Origin: Desulfobacterales bacterium
GTDB lineage: Bacteria; Desulfobacterota; Desulfobacteria; Desulfobacterales; SG8-13
Direction of reading: 5' to 3'
DNA length: 42,514 nucleotides
Assembly (NCBI GenBank): GCA_037383965.1
Contig: JARROL010000001.1
Coordinates: 990 to 43,503 of the forward strand
Positions 25,088-34,807 of this stretch are shown here, one piece after another. Positions within the stretch are counted from its first letter, which is position 1. Each line of letters begins with the position of its first letter. The translations under genes and the position numbers were made by a program. The notes below the pieces were generated by a model. It was not told where the DNA came from. It searched no databases and worked only from the letters and a program-made list of their open reading frames with translations.

Positions 25088-26869
25088 ATGCCGAGCGCGA
25101 ACCCGGTGATCACTTTCGACGAATACCAGCTCAGGGCTCGCGGGCGCCTTTCGACCGCCCGGGAAACCATCAACGTTTACCGGGACATGGCCGGCGCGGC
25201 ACCCCATTGGAATCCGGCGCATGTCCTGCAAGCGGAATGTCGGGCGGCGATTGATCTGCTCGACAAAATGACGGAGAGATTGGACCGCAAGCTGGTTGTC
25301 ACCATGGTCGGACCCAGTGGGGCCGGCAAATCGACCCTCTTGAACGCTCTGTCCGGTGACGACAGGCTCTCGCGGGCCGGAGACGACAGGCCGACGACCA
25401 AAGAAGTGGTTGTTTTTTGCCGGTCTCGATCCGATGCCGATCTTCTTCTCTCAGGGCTCGCGCCCGATACGGTTACCGTGGCCCAGCGCCCGGGTGCCGC
25501 CGGGCTGGAGCACGTCATTCTGGTGGACACCCCCGACATGGACAGCACGGAAAGCGAAAAGTTCCACCCGGTCCTGGAGAAAACTCTTGCGCTGACCGAT
25601 GTGCTGGTGTGCGTGCTGAACGCCGAGAACCCGAAACGTCGTGACACGATTGTTTTCCTGAAGCGTTTCGTCGACCTCTTCCCCGGTAGCGCGCTCTATG
25701 TGGTGCTGAACCGCTGCGATCGCCTTCCGGAAGAAGAACTGATGACCACCATTTTGCCGGACCTGCGGAACCACCTCCAGGCTTCATGGCACAGAGAGGT
25801 AGACCACATATTCTGCATCAGCGCCCGCAGTCACCTCAATGATCCCCGCTGGCCCGAGGATGAAAAACCGCTTAACGACTTCGACCAATATCCACAGCTA
25901 CGTGACCTGATTTATGGCGCTCTGAACCGGGGCAGCCGCTTTGTCGATACCCGCGTGGAGCGAGCCGATCACCTGGTGGAGCTGGTCCGGCGGTCTGTCC
26001 GCTCCAATGTTGCGGCGGTGAAGGACCGGCTGATCGGTGTGCGCAAGGATATTCTCGTGCTGGAGCAAAAGGCGACGACGGCTGCAACGGCCGCCTTCAA
26101 AGAGAGCGGTACTCAGATGCTGACCGGCATTCAAGCCATGTTCTACCAGAATCTGGCCGGGCGATGGTGGGGCCCGGTCGGATGGCTGGTGGCCCTCTGG
26201 GCACGGTTTCTTATGGCCGGCGCCGGGGTGGTGGCCACGCTGCGTTTCGGCAACCCGGTTCTTCAACTCTGGGGGCTCGTCTCCTCCCTGGTGCGCTACC
26301 GTAAAACCCGCAGCGCGGTCGAAGAGGCCGCAACCGGTGGGGAAATGGCGCCGGTGATGCTCAAGTACCGCTTCACGCTTCAGCAGGCCTGGCCGGATAT
26401 TGCCGATAAATTGATTGCCTTGGGATTCAACGGCGGGGTACGGGACGCCGCCGCTGTTCTGCCGGACGAAAAGGCGCTGCAACAGCACCTGTCGACTTCA
26501 TGGAAATCCAAAATGGAGGCGGTGATGGAGCAAAGGGCCGCTTCCGTGTCGGGCTTTTTTCTGCAGCTGGTCTTCAATCTGCCGACCCTTGCGGTCATGG
26601 CACTCTTTGCCTTTCAGAGCGTCAAGAATTTTCTTTTTCAGTCGACCCTTTCATCCGGATACTTTTTGCATGCGGCGGTCAGTGTCCTGATGGTGTGGCT
26701 GCTCTCCTTCGTTCTATTTCAAGTCATCGTGCGGTTTGCCAGCGGCCGGAACCTGCTCGACCGTACTTTCAAGCGGTTGGTCGACGGGGTCGACACCGAC
26801 GGCAGTGAACTGCTGAGTCGCTCGATCGTGACAGAAATCGACGCCGTTCTGAGGTTGAAGGACGTGTAG
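25088..26869 (+). CDS. Dynamin-like large GTPase (BDLP-type), subunit 2, with C-terminal membrane segments
   Basis: G1 MVGPSGAGKSTLLNAL. G3 ILVDTPDMDS. G4 LNRCD. Hydrophobic segments WWGPVGWLVALWARFLMAGAGVVATL, FFLQLVFNLPTLAVMALFAF and AAVSVLMVWLLSFVLFQVIV. The 21-nt gap to subunit 1 has an AAAGGAAAC SD. Confidence 0.65.
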   Translation: MPSANPVITFDEYQLRARGRLSTARETINVYRDMAGAAPHWNPAHVLQAECRAAIDLLDKMTERLDRKLVVTMVGPSGAGKSTLLNALSGDDRLSRAGDDRPTTKEVVVFCRSRSDADLLLSGLAPDTVTVAQRPGAAGLEHVILVDTPDMDSTESEKFHPVLEKTLALTDVLVCVLNAENPKRRDTIVFLKRFVDLFPGSALYVVLNRCDRLPEEELMTTILPDLRNHLQASWHREVDHIFCISARSHLNDPRWPEDEKPLNDFDQYPQLRDLIYGALNRGSRFVDTRVERADHLVELVRRSVRSNVAAVKDRLIGVRKDILVLEQKATTAATAAFKESGTQMLTGIQAMFYQNLAGRWWGPVGWLVALWARFLMAGAGVVATLRFGNPVLQLWGLVSSLVRYRKTRSAVEEAATGGEMAPVMLKYRFTLQQAWPDIADKLIALGFNGGVRDAAAVLPDEKALQQHLSTSWKSKMEAVMEQRAASVSGFFLQLVFNLPTLAVMALFAFQSVKNFLFQSTLSSGYFLHAAVSVLMVWLLSFVLFQVIVRFASGRNLLDRTFKRLVDGVDTDGSELLSRSIVTEIDAVLRLKDV

Positions 26870-26890
26870 TGTCACCGTCGGATGAGTGCA

Positions 26891-28090
26891 TTACTCGAGC
26901 CGGTAACCCGCAGCCAGCAGGGCGGTTTCGATCTTCTTGAGGTGAGTCGGTCCCCGGGTTTCGAGTTCCAGTTCGACATGGGTCACGTAAAGGGGAATGC
27001 CCCTGACATTGCGGTCGTGATAGATGTGCAGCACGTTGGCTTTCAGATCTGCGACCAGCACCAGGAGCCGGGCCAAAGCGCCCGGAACGTCCGCCATCCG
27101 GACCCGGATGCGCATTACCCGGCCGCTCTTGATGAGGCCTTGGCTGATGATCCGGCCCAGGAGCGGGCTGTCGACATTGCCGCCGCTGATCACCAGTACG
27201 GTCTTTCCTCCCTGGGGAACCCCCACGGCACCGTTCATTACCGCCGCCAGGGGTGCCGCTCCGGCACCTTCGGCCAAAATCTTTTCCCGTTCCAGCAATA
27301 TCAGTATGGCGGCTGCGATCTGTTCCTCTTCGACCAATACCAGCTCGTCGACGCATTCCTGGATGATGTCGAACGTCAGTTGTCCCACTTTTCTGACGCT
27401 GATGCCGTCGGCGATGGACGATTTTCCGTCGACCTGGGTGATGCAGCCTTTCATGACCGCATCATAGGCCGAAGGACAGCCCGCTGTCTGGACACCGATG
27501 ACTTGTGTTTCGGGGGTCATCGCCTGAGCCACCGCGGCGATGCCGGATATCAGACCGCCGCCGCCCACCGGTACCACGACGACGTCAGGATTCGGTATAT
27601 CGTCGAAGATTTCGAGACCAACGGTTCCCTGCCCAGTAATGATATCCACGTCATCGAAGGGGTGGATAAAAAGGCGGCCTTCAAGAGAAAGACGCTGCGC
27701 TTCGTCAAGGCACTCGCCGATACTCTGGCCGGAGATGACCACCTGGCCGCCGTACATGAGGGTGGCCTCTTCCTTTGAGATGGACACCCACTCGGGCATG
27801 ACGATGGTTGCCGGTATTCCGAGCTGCCTGGCCGCCAGGGCCACTCCCTGGGCATGGTTGCCGGCAGAAGCCGCAACAACCCCTCCGGGACCGATATCAT
27901 CCATGCACTTGAGCAGTTTGAACGTGGCGCCGCGAATTTTGAACGATCCAGTCTTCTGCAGGTTCTCTAGTTTGAGGTAAATCTCCCCGCCGAACATGCG
28001 GCTGAGGGCCGGCGAATTGACCAGGGGGGTCTTGAGGATTTTGTCTTCAATCAGGGCCGCTGCCTGCCGGAACTGCTCGATGGGCATCAT
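26891..28090 (-). CDS. Threonine ammonia-lyase (PLP fold-type II, short form with one C-terminal ACT-like domain)
   Basis: TGSFKIRGA (PLP lysine), SAGNHAQGVA, GGGGLISG. Confidence 0.85.
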   Translation of the reverse strand: MMPIEQFRQAAALIEDKILKTPLVNSPALSRMFGGEIYLKLENLQKTGSFKIRGATFKLLKCMDDIGPGGVVAASAGNHAQGVALAARQLGIPATIVMPEWVSISKEEATLMYGGQVVISGQSIGECLDEAQRLSLEGRLFIHPFDDVDIITGQGTVGLEIFDDIPNPDVVVVPVGGGGLISGIAAVAQAMTPETQVIGVQTAGCPSAYDAVMKGCITQVDGKSSIADGISVRKVGQLTFDIIQECVDELVLVEEEQIAAAILILLEREKILAEGAGAAPLAAVMNGAVGVPQGGKTVLVISGGNVDSPLLGRIISQGLIKSGRVMRIRVRMADVPGALARLLVLVADLKANVLHIYHDRNVRGIPLYVTHVELELETRGPTHLKKIETALLAAGYRLE

Positions 28091-28235
28091 GGTCCATTCC
28101 TTTTTTGGGGGACACTGTAGCGATTTTACCTCGAAAACGAGGCCAGTCGGCGTCGATTGATGCGAAAGCGCCGAACCGTCTGTCCGGTTTGCGGGATCCC
28201 GGTGCGGCAGAGAACCGAACCCACGGAGGTATGTT

Positions 28236-29330
28236 ATGGCATTTGTTCTTCCTTCCTACAAGTCGCCGGATCTGGAGCCTTACAAGAATTCACCCACCGT
28301 GGTTTTCAAGCCGGTAGCCACTACCGGCGTGGCGCCGGATGATTATCACGCCACCTCGGTTTATCCGGAATACTTTCACCTGCGCGATGCAGAATGGCGA
28401 CTACTGGAAGAGTCACGCATGGACTGCGTTGTGGTTCGAACGGAAGACGGCCGGCTGCAGGTGACGGAATTCAGGAACCTCAAACCCGGGGACCAGGTTG
28501 CCTGCGGCCGACGGGAAAACGGCGAAGACGGTATTTATGTCCATACCGAAGCCTTCGATTTTCCACCGCACGTCAAGGAGAAGTTCGCTTTCCGCTCGCA
28601 CTTGACCCGCGAGACCTCTTTTTCCATCGATTACGACGAATTCTACGATCTTCTCGGACACGAGCGCGAGCACGGGTTCATCCTGTGGGTTCTGGGCCCG
28701 GCCGTCGTCTTCGATCACGATTCGCGCCAGGCATTCGTCAGGCTGATCGATAACGGATTCGTGCATGGGCTAATGGCCGGCAACGCCCTGGCCACCCACG
28801 ACCTGGAAGGGGCCTTGTTCGGAACGGCCCTTGGACAGGAACTCTACGCGAAACGTACGGTGGCCCTGGGGCATTACCGGCACCTGGACGCGCTTAACAA
28901 AATCCGCGGTATCGGTTCGATCGAAACCGCCGTTGGTGAAAGCGCCATCAAAGACGGAGTTATGCGCGCCGTGATCCGGAAAAAGATCCCGTACGTTCTG
29001 GCAGGCTCCATCCGCGACGACGGGCCCATGCCCGAGGTGATCGCCGATGTCTACCGGGCCCAGGACCGAATGCGGAATTTGACTTGCAAGGCCACCACCA
29101 TTGTCTGCCTGGCGACCCAACTGCACTCTATTGCCACCGGCAACATGACGCCTTCCTACACAGTGGTGGGCAGTGTTGTACGGCCGGTCTACTTTTATTC
29201 GGTGGACATGTCCGAGTTTGCGGTCAGCAAGCTGGCCGACCGGGGTTCGCTGACGGCCCGTTCGATTCTGACCAACGTCCAAGATTTTGTGGTGACCGTG
29301 GAACGGGGCCTCAACAAGCGCTGCGCCTAA
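28236..29330 (+). CDS. Conserved protein, probably the TIGR00300 / LOR-SDH N-terminal-domain family (archaeal ornithine-cyclodeaminase-like); function uncertain
   Basis: 364 aa. GFILWVLGPAVVFDHDSRQAFVRLIDNGFVHGLMAGNALATHDLEGALFGTALG resembles that family from memory. No diagnostic motif could be verified by eye. Confidence 0.4.
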   Translation: MAFVLPSYKSPDLEPYKNSPTVVFKPVATTGVAPDDYHATSVYPEYFHLRDAEWRLLEESRMDCVVVRTEDGRLQVTEFRNLKPGDQVACGRRENGEDGIYVHTEAFDFPPHVKEKFAFRSHLTRETSFSIDYDEFYDLLGHEREHGFILWVLGPAVVFDHDSRQAFVRLIDNGFVHGLMAGNALATHDLEGALFGTALGQELYAKRTVALGHYRHLDALNKIRGIGSIETAVGESAIKDGVMRAVIRKKIPYVLAGSIRDDGPMPEVIADVYRAQDRMRNLTCKATTIVCLATQLHSIATGNMTPSYTVVGSVVRPVYFYSVDMSEFAVSKLADRGSLTARSILTNVQDFVVTVERGLNKRCA

Positions 29331-29336
29331 AGCCTG

Positions 29337-30272
29337 TTACACAACGACCTGCGTTCCCGCCTTGCCCTGCATGGCCGCTTCAATGTCTGCAATGGAGCAG
29401 ATCACAGCCCGTTTGCCCCGGTTCTCGACGAACTGCATGGCGGCCTCGATCTTGGGTCCCATTGAACCGGCCGGAAATTGCCCTTGCCGAAGATACTCTC
29501 GGGCTTCTGCTGTCGTCATTACCGGCAAGAGTTCCTGGCCGGGCTGCCCGTAGTTGAGCATCGCACCGCTTTCGTCGGTAGCGATAATAAAGACCTCCAC
29601 CCCCGCCTCCTCGGCCAGTCTGACGCTGGCCAGGTCCTTGTCGATAACGGCATCCACACCGCAGAAGGTGCGACCATCGCGTATTACCGGAATGCCGCCG
29701 CCGCCGCAGCAGATGACGATGAAGTCAAGCTTGATCAGCCGTACGATTTCCCGCTTCTCGACGATGGTCACGGGGCGGGGGGATGTCACCACCCGTCGCC
29801 AGCCCTTGTCCGTCAACTGCGTCCGATAAGGCGCCCGGTTTGCCCGGGTCCGGGTCAGAATCGGGCCGATGGGTTTGCTTGGATCACGAAAGGCGGGGTC
29901 GTTTTCGTCCACGACCACATAGCTGATGAGGCTTACAATCGGTTTGGCGTGGATTCCCAGTTCCATCAACTGGCTGTCCAGTGTGGACTCGATCATGTAA
30001 CCGATCTGCCCCTGAGTCTGGGCCACCAGAATCTCCAGCGGTAGTTGCGGCACTTCCCTGCAGCTTTCCTGCTGGAGCAGCAGGTTACCCACTTGGGGAC
30101 CGTTGCCGTGGGTGATGATGATCCGGTGTTTGCGCGAGAGTCGGGCAATCTGCCGGATCGGCACCTTGAGGTTCTCGAACTGCTCCTCGATAGTGCCTTT
30201 CTGGCCTTTACGGATCAGGGCATTGCCGCCCAGCGCCACTAACAAAATCGGTTTTGGATTGGGTGTTTCCAT
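29337..30272 (-). CDS. arcC: Carbamate kinase
   Basis: LVALGGNAL, ITHGNGPQVG, VICCGGGGIPV. Confidence 0.9.
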   Translation of the reverse strand: METPNPKPILLVALGGNALIRKGQKGTIEEQFENLKVPIRQIARLSRKHRIIITHGNGPQVGNLLLQQESCREVPQLPLEILVAQTQGQIGYMIESTLDSQLMELGIHAKPIVSLISYVVVDENDPAFRDPSKPIGPILTRTRANRAPYRTQLTDKGWRRVVTSPRPVTIVEKREIVRLIKLDFIVICCGGGGIPVIRDGRTFCGVDAVIDKDLASVRLAEEAGVEVFIIATDESGAMLNYGQPGQELLPVMTTAEAREYLRQGQFPAGSMGPKIEAAMQFVENRGKRAVICSIADIEAAMQGKAGTQVVV

Positions 30273-30285
30273 GGCGGCATTGTGG

Positions 30286-31641
30286 CTACCGCACGGGTTC
30301 CTGCAATTTCTCCATCAGGACCTCTTCCAGCGTCGGCGAGCCGTGGTCATGATATTCGTAGCGCACACGCAGGTTTGGTTTTTCGATGTTGAGGATGCGG
30401 GGCAGGTGTATCGGCGTGGCAAACAGCACCAGGTCGCAGTCGGCATTGGCGATCGTTTGCTCCAGGTCTCGAATCTGGGCCGGCCCGTACCCCATGGCCG
30501 GCAGCACCTTGCCCATGTGTGGATACTTGGTATAAGTGGCGATGATCGACCCCACTGCATACGGGCGGGGATCGATGATTTCGGCTGCACGGTGCTGCCC
30601 GGCAGCGATAAGACCGGCGCCAAACGGCATCTCGCCGTGGGTCAGCGTGGGGCCGTCCTCCACCACCAGCACCCTTTTCCCGCTGATTCGTTCCGGTTGG
30701 CTTACCAGGACCGACGACTCGGCCAGCACGGTCGTCGCTTTTGAGGCAAAGCGGCCAATGTTGCCGCGGACCTGCTCCACCTTTTCGGGGGGCGCGGTGT
30801 CCACCTTGTTGATCACGGCAATGTCGGCCATCAGCATATTGGTTTCCCCCGGGTAATACAGTCGTTCGTGTCCGGCGCGGTGAGGGTCGAAGAGCACGAT
30901 GTGCACATCCGGGAAATAGAACGGTGTGTCGTTATTGCCGCCGTCCCAAACGATGACGTCGGCTTCTGTTTCCGCTGCTTTGAGGATTTTGCCGTAGTCG
31001 ATTCCGGCATATACGACGATGTCCTGGTCTACCAGCGGCTCGTACTCTTCCCGCTCTTCGATGGTGCAATGGTGGGTATCGAAGTCCGCGTAACTGGAAA
31101 ACCTCTGAACCTCCTGTAGCCGAAGGTCACCGTAGGGCATAGGGTGTCGAACCGCTACGACCCGGCGGCCGCGGGCTTTCATGATTTCGCAAACCTTACG
31201 CGTGGTCTGCGATTTGCCGCAGCCGGTACGCACGGCGCAAACGGCGACCACCGGCTTTGAAGCCCGCAGCATGGTGTAGGTGGCGCCGATTAGAGTGAAA
31301 TCCGCACCACCTGCCATGGCAACGGAGGCCTTGTGCATGACCTCCGTATGGGGTACGTCGCTATAGGAGAAGGCGACCAGATCAACCCTATGCTTCCGAA
31401 TGAGATCGCACAACTGCTCCTCGGGAAAAATGGGGATGCCGGCCGGGTACATCTTCCCGGCCAGTTCGGGCGGGTAGCGGCGGTCTTCGATATCGGGGAT
31501 CTGGGTGGCTGTGAAAGCGATGACCGTATAACGGGGATTGTCTTTGAAATAGACGTTGAAATTGTGAAAATCCCGTCCAGCGGCACCCATGATAATGACT
31601 TTTTCTATCATTTTATATTTCCATTGCGCGATGAACGGCAT
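30286..31641 (-). CDS. P-loop protein of the cyclic 2,3-diphosphoglycerate synthetase-like family
   Basis: KVIIMGAAGRDFHNFNVYFKDNPRY..., Walker A AVRTGCGKSQTT, RHPMPYGDL, WDGGNND. The start may be ATG 31611 (MIEKVII) instead of 31641. Confidence 0.55.
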   Translation of the reverse strand: MPFIAQWKYKMIEKVIIMGAAGRDFHNFNVYFKDNPRYTVIAFTATQIPDIEDRRYPPELAGKMYPAGIPIFPEEQLCDLIRKHRVDLVAFSYSDVPHTEVMHKASVAMAGGADFTLIGATYTMLRASKPVVAVCAVRTGCGKSQTTRKVCEIMKARGRRVVAVRHPMPYGDLRLQEVQRFSSYADFDTHHCTIEEREEYEPLVDQDIVVYAGIDYGKILKAAETEADVIVWDGGNNDTPFYFPDVHIVLFDPHRAGHERLYYPGETNMLMADIAVINKVDTAPPEKVEQVRGNIGRFASKATTVLAESSVLVSQPERISGKRVLVVEDGPTLTHGEMPFGAGLIAAGQHRAAEIIDPRPYAVGSIIATYTKYPHMGKVLPAMGYGPAQIRDLEQTIANADCDLVLFATPIHLPRILNIEKPNLRVRYEYHDHGSPTLEEVLMEKLQEPVR

Positions 31642-31776
31642 CGGGAGATACGATCGTCGACATTCATTCGAGACCGGGGTGATACGTTGTGTAATCGTTT
31701 GGATCTAGCTTCGCTAAATCATGGGCTTGCAGGGTCGTTCTGAACTCTTCAGATCTCTTCCCGGATCGTTGCGGTT

Positions 31777-32607
31777 TCATCCTTCTGAATGAACAAGCGG
31801 CGGGTTTTCTTCTTTTCGTGCCTGGTTCGAATAGTACTGGCGATATTCGAGAACTTTTTTGATGTAGATCTGGGTCGTGCTGAAGGGCGGTATGCCATTA
31901 TACTCATAAACACGCTGAATGCCGGCATTGTAGGCAGCCAGCGCCAAACTGACATCCTGCTTGAAGAGTTTCAAGAGTTTTTTAAAATATTTGACGCCGG
32001 CGTTGATGTTTTGGACCGGGTCGAATATGTCATCGACTCCCATAGATTCAGCCGTGAGGGGCATCAGCTGCATCAGGCCGCCTGCACCCATCGGTGACAA
32101 GGCATGCGGGTTGTATCCGGACTCGGCGCGGATGATAGCCCTGATCATGGCTGTGTCGACATTATAACGGGCCGATGCCGCCGCGATAATGGTTTGAAAC
32201 GTCTGTTCGTGCTTGAATTTGGGAAGGTCCATCGGCGGCTTTTCAGGCGGCGGCCGGAATGTTTGACTCATTGGTTTTTCCGCCGATTGAAACGGTTGAA
32301 GAAAAAACCGCTGATTGATTTGTTGAATTTTCATGAGAACCCGAAAAGGGTCGAATGAATTGAGCTTCTGCGGGAACAACGACGGTATGGGGGGATAGCG
32401 GAAGCTGGCGACAACTCCCGGTAAACCGGTACGTTTCATGGCATCCATGGGTGGGAACAATGCCACATAAAGAAGTGCCGTCCCACAGATGAACCACACA
32501 GTCAGCGTGTTGAGTGACCGGCTCTTACAGATTTCGGGCTTCACTTTTTTTATTAATCTGCAAAATTCGGTGTACACCATGTTCTCTGATAACCATATTC
32601 GGTCCAA
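31777..32607 (-). CDS. Lytic transglycosylase (SLT domain) with N-terminal membrane anchor
   Basis: IIRAESGYNPHALSPMGAGGLMQLMP, AAYNAG. The start codon is uncertain (several in-frame Met). Confidence 0.8.
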   Translation of the reverse strand: MDRIWLSENMVYTEFCRLIKKVKPEICKSRSLNTLTVWFICGTALLYVALFPPMDAMKRTGLPGVVASFRYPPIPSLFPQKLNSFDPFRVLMKIQQINQRFFLQPFQSAEKPMSQTFRPPPEKPPMDLPKFKHEQTFQTIIAAASARYNVDTAMIRAIIRAESGYNPHALSPMGAGGLMQLMPLTAESMGVDDIFDPVQNINAGVKYFKKLLKLFKQDVSLALAAYNAGIQRVYEYNGIPPFSTTQIYIKKVLEYRQYYSNQARKEENPPLVHSEG

Positions 32608-32852
32608 TGGTCAACACCCAAAATCGATTCGGCGCATAAAACCAGGGTCTGACGTTTGCGGCCGAATATTTTACGGCTTCATATTTCAAGATGCTGATAT
32701 TAAGAAATAAAGCGCAAAATGCAGGTAAAGAAGACCAATTTACAATTCGATGTATTATCAAATATTTAAAAAACTTCCATTTTTCATTAGCCCTGAATTG
32801 AGAAAACGATGTTATATTGATTAATGAAAAAATCCATAAACAGGACCAAGAC

Positions 32853-33593
32853 ATGCCCCTGCAGCGACGCCACAAGAAAATTATTTTAATCTCCCTACCC
32901 TTTGTTTTGATTCTTTTGGGGACCGGTGCCTACCTGCTCCCAAAACTCGCTCTGATCATTCCGATCAAGGTCGATTATTCGCGCGTCGGCGCTCCCAGGA
33001 TTTACCTTTTGCCGGTTGACCGGCTTATTCGGGTCGCTGAGGATAAACGGGTCGGCGGCGTTCGCCGCGCCGGTGCCTGGTTCTCATTTGCGACACCGTT
33101 CGACATTGAGAAAAACTTTGAGTCCGAACACGCTCAGGCCTTTTTGTTCGGCAATCGCAAGTCATTGGTCGTCTCCCAGCAGATGGAAACGGAAAGGATG
33201 GTAAAGAAGCTGCTGGCAGGGGAAACCGCTGAAAATCGCAAGATGAAACGTCTGCTGGGAGAGGAAAACATCTCATCCGAGTATGCCCTCTTGGACCTGT
33301 GTCTGACAACAACACCGGAGCCGGTCGGGCTGACTACTTCAACACGGGAATTGGAGCGAACCACTCTTATGCTAATTCTCAAAAAGGCCTTCAGTGGGCT
33401 CGGTGATGTGATCTACCGGTTCAGCCTCGGAGAATCGAAAGGGTTTCAGTTCGGCGATCCGGTCACGGCAGGGGATGTCTATGTCTATTTGTTCAGCCCT
33501 TCCGACCGTATGTTCCGCATGAAATTTATTTCGATGACACAGAGGGAGATCGACTTTTTCCTCACCTCGATTGAGTTTTCGGCACTGCCGTAA
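32853..33593 (+). CDS. Hypothetical membrane-anchored protein
   Basis: Open frame with one N-terminal helix (IILISLPFVLILLGTGAYLL). No recognisable motif. The ATG at 32853 is preferred over the TTG at 32817. Confidence 0.5.
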   Translation: MPLQRRHKKIILISLPFVLILLGTGAYLLPKLALIIPIKVDYSRVGAPRIYLLPVDRLIRVAEDKRVGGVRRAGAWFSFATPFDIEKNFESEHAQAFLFGNRKSLVVSQQMETERMVKKLLAGETAENRKMKRLLGEENISSEYALLDLCLTTTPEPVGLTTSTRELERTTLMLILKKAFSGLGDVIYRFSLGESKGFQFGDPVTAGDVYVYLFSPSDRMFRMKFISMTQREIDFFLTSIEFSALP

Positions 33594-33683
33594 CGCACCC
33601 AGACCGGTTGGCCAAGTACCGTCACGCGCCGGGAGGCCTTAACGTATCACAGGAGTGCATATGCAGTATTTATTTCGTCAAAG

Positions 33684-33974
33684 GTTGATGAAATCCTCAG
33701 CGTCGAAGACATCGACGCCCTTTACATTGGTCCTTACGACCTGTCGGCCAGTATGAGGTTGACCGGTCGGGTCGATGATCCGGCGATCGTTGCGGCGATG
33801 GCAACGGTGTGCACCCGGGCGGCCGAGGTCGGCATGCCGGTGGGGGGTTTCGTTGCCGGCGCCGCCGATACAGGGCCCTACATCACGGACGATTATGTGC
33901 TTTTGGCTGTCAGCACGGACATGATGATGCTCGCCCGTGCGGCGCATCAGATTATCGATACTTTGAAAAAATGA
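33684..33974 (+). pseudogene. 3' fragment (about 95 C-terminal aa) of an HpcH/HpaI aldolase-family gene
   Basis: The in-frame translation KVDEILSVEDIDALYIGPYDLSASMRLTGRVDDPAIVAAMATVCTRAAEVGMPVGGFV... matches the C-terminal third of HpcH/HpaI aldolases. The N-terminal two thirds are absent, and the frame upstream runs straight into the stop of the preceding gene. Confidence 0.6.
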
Positions 33975-34001
33975 TCTTCCATTAAACGTATAGGAGATGT
34001 C

Positions 34002-34736
34002 ATGGAACCCTTAAACGGCAATGTTGCCCTGGTTACTGGTGCCAGCAAGGGCATAGGGCGGGCGACGGCACTCCGGCTGGCACGCGAAGGTGTCGCCCTG
34101 GTTGCCGGTGCCACCGGTTTGGAACGGTTGGAGACACTGAGAGAGGAAGCCGAAAGCCTTGGAGCAGCAATTCTAGTGCAGGCATGCGACGTCACCCGCC
34201 TGTCGGATTGCAACGAGTTGGTCGCGTCTGCCGTGAAGCGGTTCGGGGGGGTCGATATTCTGATCAACAATGCCGGCATCGGGTATTCAGGACGTGTGGT
34301 TGACTCCAATCCCAAGGAGGCGGAATGGATGGTGCGGGTCAATGTCCTGGGCGTCTATTACATGGCCCGTTCGGTTCTGCCGGTCATGATAGATCGTAAA
34401 AAAGGCGACATCGTGAACATCGCTTCAGTCGCCGGTTTGAAATATTCACCCAATTTTGCTCTTTACTCGGCTACCAAATTTGCCGTGCGGGCCTTTTCTG
34501 AGGGGTTGCGCAATGAGGTGCAGGCGCACAACATCCGCGTCGCCACCGTGAACCCCGGTATGGTCGCTACCCATTTTTTCGATGCGTTCTCCGCAGGGGG
34601 TGTTGTTCTGCCGACAGATAAGGGCGATCTGCTAGAACCGGAGGACATCGCCGACGCCATTCACTTCGCCCTCACCCGGCCGCGTTCCGTGGCCCTCAAT
34701 GAGGTAACGATACGGCCTTACTGGCAGGAAAGATGA
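34002..34736 (+). CDS. Short-chain dehydrogenase/reductase (classical SDR)
   Basis: VTGASKGIGRA, LINNAGIG, YSATKFAV. Confidence 0.9.
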   Translation: MEPLNGNVALVTGASKGIGRATALRLAREGVALVAGATGLERLETLREEAESLGAAILVQACDVTRLSDCNELVASAVKRFGGVDILINNAGIGYSGRVVDSNPKEAEWMVRVNVLGVYYMARSVLPVMIDRKKGDIVNIASVAGLKYSPNFALYSATKFAVRAFSEGLRNEVQAHNIRVATVNPGMVATHFFDAFSAGGVVLPTDKGDLLEPEDIADAIHFALTRPRSVALNEVTIRPYWQER

Positions 34737-34807
34737 GGAGATAGCGACGGTTGAAAAGATGGCGGCCGCCGGTTTTAGAATAAACGTATATGACCGATAT
34801 ATTTACA

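Noticed and set aside
32525-32875. 116-aa minus-strand ORF spanning the SLT/hypothetical divergent intergenic region
   Set aside because: It lies in a very AT-rich promoter region and overlaps both neighbouring genes' starts. Its composition is atypical for coding sequence in this window.
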